Origin: an uncultured Gemmatimonadaceae bacterium
Lineage (GTDB): Bacteria; Gemmatimonadota; Gemmatimonadetes; Gemmatimonadales; Gemmatimonadaceae
Length of the DNA: 64,000 nt
Assembly (NCBI GenBank): GCA_963716745.1
Contig: OY970320.1
Location: forward strand, 1,632,001-1,696,000
Direction: 5' to 3'
The notes beneath the pieces were generated by a model, which saw only the letters and a list, made by a program, of their open reading frames with translations, was not told the DNA's origin and searched no databases. The position numbers were made by a program, and so were the translations under genes. Shown here one piece after another: positions 11,501 through 20,373 of the stretch (position 1 is the first letter of the stretch; each line of letters starts with the position of its first letter).

Positions 11501-11692
11501 CTCGCCTGGACCGTGTCGCTACTGCCGCTGCCGCGCGACTGGCCGCGCGCCCGCCGGCTCCTTGCGCCGCTCGCCGATCGCGCGATCGAGCACGACGACG
11601 TGAGCGCCGATGAACTGCTCGCCGCCGCGGTGACCGCGTTCCGCGTGCGGCGCGCCGACATCGACCCGCTGCTCGCGTGGAACGCGCGATGA
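8503..11692 (+). CDS. Large N6-adenine DNA methyltransferase (Eco57I/type IIG-like architecture with TaqI-C-like TRD); +1 frameshift at 9451
   Basis: IPFLNGGLF, then [28 protein letters not shown] (motif I), [28 protein letters not shown] (motif IV); removing T9451 joins the two ORFs (..AAWS-EAAIDPE..). Confidence 0.88.
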
Positions 11693-13875
11693 TCCCCACG
11701 CCAGTGGCCGCCGTGCGCGCGATGATCGCGGGCGCGTGGCTCGCTGCGCCGGAAGAGGCCACGCGCGTCGGCTCGGTCACGCTCCGTCCGCACCAGCGCG
11801 ACGCCGTCGCGCGCCTGCGGGCGGTGATCAACGAATTCGGCGGCGCGCTGCTCGCCGACGACGTGGGACTCGGAAAGACCTACGTGGCCGCCGCGATCAT
11901 CGCCGCGGCCGAGCGGGCATTGGTGGTGGCGCCGGCGGCGCTCCGCGACATGTGGCGCCGTGCCCTCGGTGCCGCCGGCGTGCACGCGGAGTTCGTCACC
12001 TACACCGCGCTCAGCCGCGGCCGAATTCCGAAAGGGGTCTTCACGCTGCTGGTGCTGGACGAAGCGCATCACGCGCGCACTCCGGGCGCGCGCCGCTACG
12101 CCACGCTCGCGGCGCTCGCCGCCAGCGCGCAGGTGCTCGCGCTCACGGCCACACCCGTGCACAATACGCGCGACGACCTGGCCGCGATCCTCGCGCTCTT
12201 CCTCGGCGCCCGCGCATTTACGCTGGACGATCCCGCGCTCGCGCGGTGCATCGTGCGCCGCACGCATGCCGATCTCGACACCGGCGTGCTGCCTGGGCTC
12301 GAAGCGCCGCGCTGGGTCGAGATCGGCGACGACGCATCTTTGCTCGATGCGATCGTCGCGTTGCCGCCGCCGGTGCCGCCGTCGGGTGGCGGCGACGGCG
12401 GTGCGCTCGTCGCGTGGGGGCTCGCGCGCCAGTGGGCTTCGAGTCGCGCCGCGCTCGAGAGCGCGGTGCGGCGCCGTCTCGCACGTGCCGCGGCGCTCGG
12501 CGCCGCCCTCGAGGACGGACGTTATCCCAACGAGCGGGAGTTGAGCGCCTGGGCCGCGGCCGACGATGTGATCCAACTCGCGTTCCCGGCTCTCGTGAGC
12601 ACTACGAGTCCCGGCGCGGGAGCACTGCTCGATGCGCTTCGCGCCCACGAGCATGGGCTGCGCGCGCTCTTGGCGTGCGCGCGCGTCTCTACCAACGTTG
12701 ACGATGCGCGCGCCGAACGCCTGCGCGAGATCCGCCGCGCGCACACGGGCGAGCGCATCGTCGCGTTCACGCAGTTCGCCGACACCGCGCTCGCACTCTA
12801 CAGATCGCTCGCGCCCGCGGGCGGCGTCGCGGCGCTCACCGCGCGAGGCGCGCGCGTCGCCGGCGGCACGCTGTCACGGCGGGATGCGCTCGCGCGGTTC
12901 GCGCCACGCGCGCTCGGAGTCGCGCCGCCACGGGCGTGCGAACGGATCGACCTGCTGCTCACGACCGACCTGCTCAGCGAAGGGCTCGATCTCGGCGACG
13001 CCTCCGTCGTCGTGCACCTCGATCTTCCGTGGACGCCGGCGCGCCTCGAGCAACGCGTCGGACGTTCGCGCCGGCTCGGCGCGCCGCACGCGCGCACGTG
13101 GGTGTACGCCTATGCGCCACCGGCAGCGGCGGAGCGGTTGCTCGAGGTGGAACGGCGCCTGCGCGAGAAGCTGCGCGCCGCCGGCCGGATCACCGGCGTC
13201 GCGGGCGCGATATTGCCGTCGCTTGGACCGACGCCAGACGAAACGCCCGCCGCTCGCACGCGCCAGCGCCTGTACGAGGTCGTCGCGGCGTGGCACGCGG
13301 AACACGTTGAGGAGCGAAAAGAACTCGTCGTCGCCACCGCGCACGGGCGCCGCCGCGCGGTGTTGCTGGCCGTGCGCAACGGTGCGCACACGGTGCTCGG
13401 TGCCTCATTGGACGACGGAGAGCCCACCGACGATCCGGACACTCTGCTCGCCGTCGCCGAGCTCGCCGCGGCGGCTCGCGATGCGTCGCTCGACGCGCGG
13501 GCGATCGAACGCGCGCTTGCTGCCGGAGCGCGGTGGCTGGAGCGGCGGTCGGCGTCCGAGGCGATCGGCGGCGCGGCGATCTTCCGCGCCGCATCGCGTC
13601 GCTCGGCGCTGCGCCGGATCGCCGGCATCGCGCAGCGCGTGCCCCATCACCGGCGAGCGCTCATCGCGCCGATGGCTGCACAGGCGCGGCGCGTGGTCGC
13701 AGCGCCGTTCGGCGTGGGCGCGGAGCGCATCCTCAATGCGATCGCCGGCGCGCCGCTCGCCGACGAAGCGTGGCTCCGCGCGCTCAACGAGTTCGGCGCG
13801 ATCCACGTGCCACACCCGGCGCGCCAGCAGGCCGCGGCAACGCTCATCGCGGCGATCGTGATCGATGTGCAATGA
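11689..13875 (+). CDS. SF2 SNF2/RapA-like helicase/ATPase with uncharacterised Ala/Arg-rich C-terminal domain
   Basis: [54 protein letters not shown] overlap with the methyltransferase stop. Confidence 0.88.
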   Translation: MIPTPVAAVRAMIAGAWLAAPEEATRVGSVTLRPHQRDAVARLRAVINEFGGALLADDVGLGKTYVAAAIIAAAERALVVAPAALRDMWRRALGAAGVHAEFVTYTALSRGRIPKGVFTLLVLDEAHHARTPGARRYATLAALAASAQVLALTATPVHNTRDDLAAILALFLGARAFTLDDPALARCIVRRTHADLDTGVLPGLEAPRWVEIGDDASLLDAIVALPPPVPPSGGGDGGALVAWGLARQWASSRAALESAVRRRLARAAALGAALEDGRYPNERELSAWAAADDVIQLAFPALVSTTSPGAGALLDALRAHEHGLRALLACARVSTNVDDARAERLREIRRAHTGERIVAFTQFADTALALYRSLAPAGGVAALTARGARVAGGTLSRRDALARFAPRALGVAPPRACERIDLLLTTDLLSEGLDLGDASVVVHLDLPWTPARLEQRVGRSRRLGAPHARTWVYAYAPPAAAERLLEVERRLREKLRAAGRITGVAGAILPSLGPTPDETPAARTRQRLYEVVAAWHAEHVEERKELVVATAHGRRRAVLLAVRNGAHTVLGASLDDGEPTDDPDTLLAVAELAAAARDASLDARAIERALAAGARWLERRSASEAIGGAAIFRAASRRSALRRIAGIAQRVPHHRRALIAPMAAQARRVVAAPFGVGAERILNAIAGAPLADEAWLRALNEFGAIHVPHPARQQAAATLIAAIVIDVQ

Positions 13876-13900
13876 GCGCCCGATCGTTCGTCTCATCCGT

Positions 13901-14407
13901 ATGAGAATACACTTCGGCTGGACCCTCGCCTGCACGCTGGCGATCGCCGTCGCGTGCGGCGCACAGAGTGTCGACACAACGATCATCTTTAACGCGGCCA
14001 CGGCGGACAGTCTCGTCTTCGAGCGCACCGCCTGCTTTGGCACCTGCCCCACCTACCGCCTGCGCATCTCGCGCGACGGCGCGGTGCATCTCCGCTGGCA
14101 GGCGCAGCGCCCAGATCGCGTGGTGACGCAGCGCGACTGGACCATTCCGGCCGATAGCGTGCGCGCGCTCTTCGCGCTCGCCGCGAAGGGCGGCATCACC
14201 GCGCTCCCCGACCGGATCTCGGAGTCCAGGACGTACTGCCCGCAGGCCTGGACCGACATGCCGGGCGCCATCGTCAGCTTCTACGGCGCCGGTTGGTCCA
14301 AGAGCACGAACGACTATTTCGGCTGCAAGCAGGCACCGGCCGCCCTGCGCGCCTTCGAGATCGCGATCGATTCGGTGGCGGGCGTGCACGCGCACGAGCC
14401 CAACTGA
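13901..14407 (+). CDS. Exported protein, DUF6438-like
   Basis: Signal peptide; ERTACFGTCPTY.L.I..DG and TD.P motifs. Confidence 0.7.
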   Translation: MRIHFGWTLACTLAIAVACGAQSVDTTIIFNAATADSLVFERTACFGTCPTYRLRISRDGAVHLRWQAQRPDRVVTQRDWTIPADSVRALFALAAKGGITALPDRISESRTYCPQAWTDMPGAIVSFYGAGWSKSTNDYFGCKQAPAALRAFEIAIDSVAGVHAHEPN

Positions 14408-14423
14408 GCGGTCCCGCGAGACG

Positions 14424-14879
14424 CTACTGTTTGGATGCGTTCGAGTGGCCGAACATCCTGTACTCGGTACCGTTCAACGTGAGCACGGTCACCAAGCTCG
14501 ACTGGATAGAGGTGTTGCTCGCGAGACCCGTGTTCTGCCACTCGGAGCCGGCGCCACAGCATCCCGTCACGTCAAAACTGAGGGACAACGAGCCGCCCGT
14601 GATCAGGCCGTTCGTAACGACCCCATCGTACGGCCCGAACGTCTGGGTGATGTCGCCCGTGCACGCGAACGTCAGGCCTTCGTAGGTGCCGGTCACCTGC
14701 GAGCCGTTCTGCGTCAGATGCAGCGTGGCGGCGGTGGTCGCGCAATTCAACACTGGCAGCGTGTCGCCGAACGTCGCCGAATAGTTCCAGTTGCCGGTGA
14801 TGTCCACCGGGCCGCTATTGGTGGAGCACGAGGAGGCGGCCAGCAGAACCGCGGCCGCGAGTGCGAGCAGTGATTTCAT
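14424..14879 (-). CDS. Hypothetical lipoprotein (beta-rich, Cys-containing)
   Basis: MKSLLALAAAVLLAASSC lipobox; host-like codon usage. Confidence 0.7.
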   Translation of the reverse strand: MKSLLALAAAVLLAASSCSTNSGPVDITGNWNYSATFGDTLPVLNCATTAATLHLTQNGSQVTGTYEGLTFACTGDITQTFGPYDGVVTNGLITGGSLSLSFDVTGCCGAGSEWQNTGLASNTSIQSSLVTVLTLNGTEYRMFGHSNASKQ

Positions 14880-14951
14880 GGCGATCCTCACGGAGTGCAG
14901 GGTTGCCCGCAACGTCCTACTATAGGTAGCGATGGAAGCCACGACCTGACA

Positions 14952-15611
14952 ATGCCCCGCCGGCCGCTCGCCCTCTTGTTCGACCTCGATGGGACCCTCG
15001 TGGATTCCATCGAGCTGATCCTCACGTCCTTTCGCCACACCTTCGCCACCCACCTCGGCGCGGTGCCACCTGACTCGGCGTGGATCGCCGGACTCGGCAC
15101 GCCGCTGTTCACCCAGCTGCGCGAGTTCACGCGCGACGACGAGGTGGCCAGCGCGATGACGGCCACGTATCGCGAATTCCAAATGCAGCATCACGACCGC
15201 CTCATGCGCGCATACCCCGGAGTGCGCGAGGCGATGCAGGAACTTCGCGCCCGCGAACATCCTACCGCTGTAGTGACGTCAAAGATGAGCGATCTCGCCG
15301 AGCGCGCGCTGATGTTCACCGGCCTCCGCGAAACGATCGACCTCGTGATCGGCATGGAGAACACCGAGCGTCACAAGCCCGATCCCGAGCCGGTGCACGC
15401 GGCGCTCCGTGCGTTGGGCTACCCGCCCTCGGAGGCCGTGTTCCTGGGCGATTCGCCGCATGACATCGCCGCCGGCAACGCCGCTGGTGTCATATCCGTG
15501 GCGGCGGAATGGGGCCCGTTCAGCGCCGCGGAACTCGACGCCGCGAAGCCCAAATACCGGGTCGCGAGAATGGCCGACTTCCCGGCGCTCATCGCGCGGC
15601 TGGGCGCATGA
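14952..15611 (+). CDS. HAD-superfamily hydrolase (PpaX/phosphoglycolate phosphatase-like)
   Basis: FDLDGTLVDS, VVTSK, HKPDPEP, FLGDSPHDI. Confidence 0.92.
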   Translation: MPRRPLALLFDLDGTLVDSIELILTSFRHTFATHLGAVPPDSAWIAGLGTPLFTQLREFTRDDEVASAMTATYREFQMQHHDRLMRAYPGVREAMQELRAREHPTAVVTSKMSDLAERALMFTGLRETIDLVIGMENTERHKPDPEPVHAALRALGYPPSEAVFLGDSPHDIAAGNAAGVISVAAEWGPFSAAELDAAKPKYRVARMADFPALIARLGA

Positions 15612-15619
15612 ACACGCTT

Positions 15620-15648
15620 CAAACCATTCGCCCGCCCCGGGCATCTTA
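15620..15648 (+). promoter_or_regulatory. Candidate ECF-type autoregulatory promoter
   Basis: caAACc-N15-gCATCTta upstream of AAGGAG and the sigma gene; resembles generic ECF -35 AAC/-10 elements. Confidence 0.3.
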
Positions 15649-15677
15649 TCCAGTGACCACAAGGAGAACGGAACTGG

Positions 15678-16262
15678 ATGCTCGCCGCTGCCCTGCACGT
15701 GGAAGTCTCGAACAGGTCCGCTGACAGCAGCGCCGCCGATGCGGCGTTGGCTGCGGGGGGCGACCGGCGGGCGTTCGAACGGCTCTACCGTTCTCACGTG
15801 GATCGCGTCTTCTCGCTTTGCGCGCGCATGTGCGGGAACCGCGAGCACGCCGAAGAGCTCACGCAGGATGTGTTCGTTCGCGCGTGGGACAAGCTGCCGC
15901 AGTTCCGCGGCGAGAGCGCCTTCGGCACGTGGATCCACCGGGTGGCAGTGAACGTGGTATTGAACGACCGCAAGACGGCGAGCCGCGAACGATCGCGCGC
16001 CGCGCCGGAACCGATGGGAGAAGAGCAAGACGATCCCGAGGCGCAGTTCGGGGGCCGCGAGGCCCCGCGTCACGCGGACCGGATGGACATCGAGGCAGCG
16101 ATCGCGACACTGCCCCCCGGCGCGCGCCGGGTGTTCGTACTGCACGACGTGGAAGGCTATAAGCACGAAGAGATCGCCGAGATGCTCGGCGTGACATCAG
16201 GGGGCACCAAAGCGCAGCTGCACCGCGCCCGCATGCTCCTACGGGAGGCACTGGAGAGATGA
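15678..16262 (+). CDS. ECF RNA polymerase sigma-70 factor
   Basis: GD..AFERLY, AEELTQDVF.RAW, F.TWIHRVAVN, LPPGARRVFVLHDVEGYKHEEIA. Confidence 0.95.
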   Translation: MLAAALHVEVSNRSADSSAADAALAAGGDRRAFERLYRSHVDRVFSLCARMCGNREHAEELTQDVFVRAWDKLPQFRGESAFGTWIHRVAVNVVLNDRKTASRERSRAAPEPMGEEQDDPEAQFGGREAPRHADRMDIEAAIATLPPGARRVFVLHDVEGYKHEEIAEMLGVTSGGTKAQLHRARMLLREALER

Positions 16263-16945
16263 CCGACATGACCATGACCTGCGCCGAGCTGGATGTGCGG
16301 CTCGCCGACTATCTGAACGATGCGCTCGACGCGCCCACCCGGGCGGCGGTGGAGCAGCATCTCGCGGGCTGCGCGCGCTGCACCGGCGTGCTGGCCGCGC
16401 TCGACGAGCGGCCGGCACGTGCGGCCGAGCTGCCCGTGCTCGTGCCCGAGCACGATCTGTGGAGCGGGATCGCCGCGCGGATCGAGCCACGGGTGCTGTC
16501 GCTCGGCGATCGCACCGCAGTCTCACCGGCGCGGCGCGGATGGCGCATCGCGCGCATGGCGGCCGCCGCTTCGATCCTCGTGATCGGCAGTTCTCTCATC
16601 ACCCGGAAGATGATGCTCCAGCAAGGTCCGCCTGCCGTCGCGGTGCAGACCGCCGCGCCCGGCACGCCGAACGCCACGCTCGCGTCCCAGAACCTCATTG
16701 AGACTTATGACTCCGAGATCGCGCAGCTCGACTCCGCGGTGACACTCCGCCGCGGCCAGCTCGACACGACCACCGTGAAGATCATCGAGAAGAACCTGCT
16801 CGTGATCGACAAGGCGATCGCCGAGAGCCGCGCGGCCCTCGCGAAGGATCCGAACAGCCGCTTCCTGAAACAGCAGCTCACTCGCGTACTCGACCAGAAG
16901 GTTGGATTGCTGCGCACCGCGGCACTCCTCCCCGCCCGCACCTGA
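16259..16945 (+). CDS. Anti-sigma factor with zf-HC2 zinc finger and TM helix
   Basis: C....L..Y....L......VEQHLAGCARC; TM helix; overlaps sigma stop. Confidence 0.9.
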   Translation: MTDMTMTCAELDVRLADYLNDALDAPTRAAVEQHLAGCARCTGVLAALDERPARAAELPVLVPEHDLWSGIAARIEPRVLSLGDRTAVSPARRGWRIARMAAAASILVIGSSLITRKMMLQQGPPAVAVQTAAPGTPNATLASQNLIETYDSEIAQLDSAVTLRRGQLDTTTVKIIEKNLLVIDKAIAESRAALAKDPNSRFLKQQLTRVLDQKVGLLRTAALLPART

Positions 16946-16948
16946 GAG

Positions 16949-17905
16949 ATGACCAACATGAGACCCCGCATCAGCATTTTCACAGTCCTCGTACTCTTCG
17001 CGATCGCCTTCCCGGCGTGCGCGCAGAGCAAGAACAAAGGCAAGCACGGCCACCGCGACGACGAAGGCGTGAGCCGCATCGACACCACGGTGTCCGTGAG
17101 CCGCGGCGCCACGATCGAAGTCTCGGTGATCTCCGGCGACATCAAGGTCACCAGCTGGGACCGCGCGCAGGTGCAGGTCCACGCGGTGAGCGAGAGCGGC
17201 GACATCCGCTTCGAAGCATCGTCGGGCCGCGTCACGCTCGAGACCGAGCACCAGGATGGCGACGACGATGAGGACACGCACTTCGAGCTCATGGTGCCGA
17301 AGGACGCCCGCGTGAGCGCGACGAGCATCTCCGGCGAAGTCACCGTGCGCGGGGTCGGCGAACTCGAGGCCACGAGCATCAGCGGTGATATGTCGGTGTC
17401 CGGCGTGACCGGCCGCGCGGCGCTGCAGAACGTGTCGGGCAGCATCACCGCCTCCGACCTGGACGGCGGCGTGAAGGCGAACGCGGTGAGCGGCGACATC
17501 GAGCTCAGCGACGTCACCGGCGACCTGCAGGTGCAGACCGTGAGCGGCGAGATGAAACTTCGCTCCGTGAAGAGCTCGTACGTGCGCACACAGACCGTGA
17601 GCGGCGATGTGGAGTTCGACGGCACGGTGGATCCGAAGGGACGCTACGAGTTCAACTCGCACTCCGGCTCGTTCTCGATCGCGCTGCCGCGCGGCGTGGG
17701 CGCGACGGTGAGCATGCGCGGCTATAGCGGTGACTTCAACAGCTCCTGCGCCATGACGCTCATGCCCGGCGGAACGCAGGGCACGGGGCGCTCCAAGAAC
17801 ATGACGTTCCAGTTGGGCAACGGCGGCGCGCGCTTCAGCATCGAGACCTTCAGCGGCGACGTCACGATCACAGGTTGCGGCGGTTCCAAGTCCAAGGAGA
17901 ATTGA
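16949..17905 (+). CDS. Exported DUF4097 (adhesin-like beta-repeat) protein
   Basis: Signal peptide; repeated T/S-V/I-SGD/E beta-repeats. Confidence 0.85.
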   Translation: MTNMRPRISIFTVLVLFAIAFPACAQSKNKGKHGHRDDEGVSRIDTTVSVSRGATIEVSVISGDIKVTSWDRAQVQVHAVSESGDIRFEASSGRVTLETEHQDGDDDEDTHFELMVPKDARVSATSISGEVTVRGVGELEATSISGDMSVSGVTGRAALQNVSGSITASDLDGGVKANAVSGDIELSDVTGDLQVQTVSGEMKLRSVKSSYVRTQTVSGDVEFDGTVDPKGRYEFNSHSGSFSIALPRGVGATVSMRGYSGDFNSSCAMTLMPGGTQGTGRSKNMTFQLGNGGARFSIETFSGDVTITGCGGSKSKEN

Positions 17906-17907
17906 CC

Positions 17908-18706
17908 ATGCATTCGGATCATCACCACGGCGTTCGCGGTCGCGTTCCTGAGTGCGCCGCTGGCGGCGCAGACCACCACGAGCTCCGACGACAATTTCAA
18001 ATGGAGCGGCAAGATGAACGCCGGCTCCTGGCTCCGCGTGGCCAACATGAACGGCTCGATCAGCGTCGAGAAGGGAACGGGCGACGTGGCCGAGGTGACC
18101 GCCGAGAAGGATTGGCGGCACGGCGACCCGAAGGACGTCACCTTCGCGATCGTGAAGGATGGGAACAACATCACGATCTGCGCGCTCTGGGGCGATCGCT
18201 CCACCTGCGACGCCGACGGCGCGCACTATCACAACCACGGCAACTGGGACGGCGATCACAACGACGTGAACGTGAAGTTCACGATCAAGCTGCCGGCCGG
18301 CGTGAACGTCGGCGTGAACACGATCAATGGCAGCCTGGATGTCTCCGGCGCGCAGAGCGAGGTGAGAGCCTCGACGGTGAATGGGCGCGTGGATGCGTCG
18401 AGCGCCGGCGGCCCGGTCGAAGCGAACACGGTGAACGGTTCGATCCGTGTGACGATGGACGCCGCGCCCGGCAAGGATGACCTGAAGTTCTCGACGGTGA
18501 ACGGATCGATCTCGGTCACGGTGCCGTCGAACTTCGCCGCGGACCTCGAGATGCAGACGGTGAACGGTTCGCTCACGTCGGACTTCCCGCTCACGATCAG
18601 CGGCAAGGTGAACCCGAAGCATCTGCACGCCGTGATCGGAAGCGGCGGCCGCGAAGTGCGGCTCGAAACGGTGAACGGCAGCATCGAGATCCTGAAGGGA
18701 CGTTAG
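17908..18706 (+). CDS. Second exported DUF4097 protein; apparent 1-nt indel immediately after ATG 17908
   Basis: Repeated TVNGS motifs; signal peptide IRIITTAFAVAFLSAPLAAQ is in frame from 17912; AAGGAG RBS before ATG 17908. Confidence 0.82.
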
Positions 18707-18731
18707 CGCTCCGCCCCGCCGGCCCGCCGCG

Positions 18732-20273
18732 TTATCGCGGCGCGGCCGGCGGTGTGCGGTCCGGCATTCTCCAGATCGTGCCGCGCCGCAGCACCGCCTC
18801 GCTCACCAGGCCGAGCGCTCCCATGAACACCGGGTCGGGCGGCTCGATCGTCTCGGCGCACGAGCGGTCGAAGATCACCACATAGCTGTTCCGCGCGATG
18901 AGCGTGTCGGCGAACGCGCGCAACGAGTCCGCCTGCATCTCGTCGGGCATCTCGCGCGCGAGGCGGCCCGACTGGAAATAGAGCGCGATCGGCGCGTTCG
19001 AGAAGAGCGCGTGCCCCGCGCCATGCTCGCGCACCCACGCCGTGACCGGCGATCCGCTCCAGCAGATGTCGGCGTAGTCGCTGCCGGTGCGCAGCGCGTA
19101 GCGCACCGCATCGCGCGTGACGAGGAACGACCCGAACGCCCAGAGCAGCGCGGCGGCGCCGAGCGCACCCACCGCTCTCGGTGCCGCGTGCCGCCAGCCT
19201 GCGATCGCGACCACGGCCGCCATCATGGCGAGCGCGATCGCCGGCGCCAGGAGCCGGTCATCCAGCGGAATGTCGGGGTCCGCCACCATTCGTGCGAGCA
19301 GGATGAGCGCCATGTAGCTGGCGATGAGGAGACCGCAGGCCTTCAACAGTGCATCGCGCATCGTGCTTCGTGCATCGGCACCTTCGATGGCCGATGCACG
19401 ATGTTCGATGAACGCGGTCGCTCCGACCGCGACGACAATGAGGACTGAAACGATGACACTCGCGGGCGCGACGAGCCCCGGCGCGAGCCATGCGACGATC
19501 GTGCCGCCGCCTTCGCGCAATGTGTCGCCGATCGCGCCGTACAAGCTGAAGTGCCGCACCGCCGATCGGCCGCCCGTTCGCGCGGCGCGGGTCCACCACC
19601 AGGCGTTCACCACGATCGCGGGAAGCGCGGCGAGCGCTGCACGGCGCACGCGCTCGCGCCACGCGCCGGCGCGCAGCAGCTCCCACGCGACCACCGCGCC
19701 CACGAACGCGAGTCCCGCGTAGCGCACCAGGCTCGCCGCCGCCGCGGTCGCCCCCTCGGCGAACGGCCTCGGAGTCGGGCGCACCATGAGCGCCAGCGTC
19801 GCGGCGAGCAGCGCGAGGAAGAGCGGCTCGCTCAGCACGCTCTGGTGCACGAACGCGAGTGGCGGTGATACGAGCATGAGGATCGCGAGCACGATCCCCG
19901 CGCCCGAGCCCGACGCCGCGCAAGCGAGCCACACGAGGATCGCCATCGCCGCGAACGCGGAGAGCGCGATCACCGCGCGTGCGCCCTGCACCGGCGGCGC
20001 GCCGAGCGCGATCGTGACGGCGATCGCGGCCGGGAACGCCGGCGGCCAGCGCGTGAGCGATCGCGTGCTGTCGGAACTCACCCAATTGTCGCGCACATCG
20101 CGCAGGGTGCCGCTGTGCGCGAGCGTGCCGGCGGCATACAGATAGCCGCGCGCGTCGGGATCCAATCCCGGCCCGAGCGGCTCAGTGATGAAGAGGACTC
20201 CGGTGAATGCGGCCGCTCCGGCGACGAGCGCGATGATCAGGTATCGATGCCCGATGAACGATGATCGATGCAC
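18732..20273 (-). CDS. Polytopic membrane protein, GT-C/PMT-like glycosyltransferase
   Basis: DPD..GY early loop, WPP.FP, LSEPLFL, RYAG; many TM helices; GTG start inferred. Confidence 0.7.
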   Translation of the reverse strand: MHRSSFIGHRYLIIALVAGAAAFTGVLFITEPLGPGLDPDARGYLYAAGTLAHSGTLRDVRDNWVSSDSTRSLTRWPPAFPAAIAVTIALGAPPVQGARAVIALSAFAAMAILVWLACAASGSGAGIVLAILMLVSPPLAFVHQSVLSEPLFLALLAATLALMVRPTPRPFAEGATAAAASLVRYAGLAFVGAVVAWELLRAGAWRERVRRAALAALPAIVVNAWWWTRAARTGGRSAVRHFSLYGAIGDTLREGGGTIVAWLAPGLVAPASVIVSVLIVVAVGATAFIEHRASAIEGADARSTMRDALLKACGLLIASYMALILLARMVADPDIPLDDRLLAPAIALAMMAAVVAIAGWRHAAPRAVGALGAAALLWAFGSFLVTRDAVRYALRTGSDYADICWSGSPVTAWVREHGAGHALFSNAPIALYFQSGRLAREMPDEMQADSLRAFADTLIARNSYVVIFDRSCAETIEPPDPVFMGALGLVSEAVLRRGTIWRMPDRTPPAAPR

Positions 20274-20373
20274 GCCCGGCTGGCCCTCCGCGGTGTGGAT
20301 TGCTTGTGCGCGCCTCGCGCGCGCCCTATGATAGGCGTCTGAACATCGTCTCGCCACGAATGGCCCGCTCACG

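Noticed and set aside
8503..13875. Complete BREX, DISARM or type I/III R-M system
   Set aside because: No pglZ/brxC, drmA/B/C, hsdS/hsdR or recognisable nuclease is adjacent.
16523..18628. Long antisense ORFs (also 20326..22317, 33465..35264, 41083..42771, 56685..58409 and others)
   Set aside because: Typical stop-poor shadow frames of high-GC genes, with no recognisable domains.
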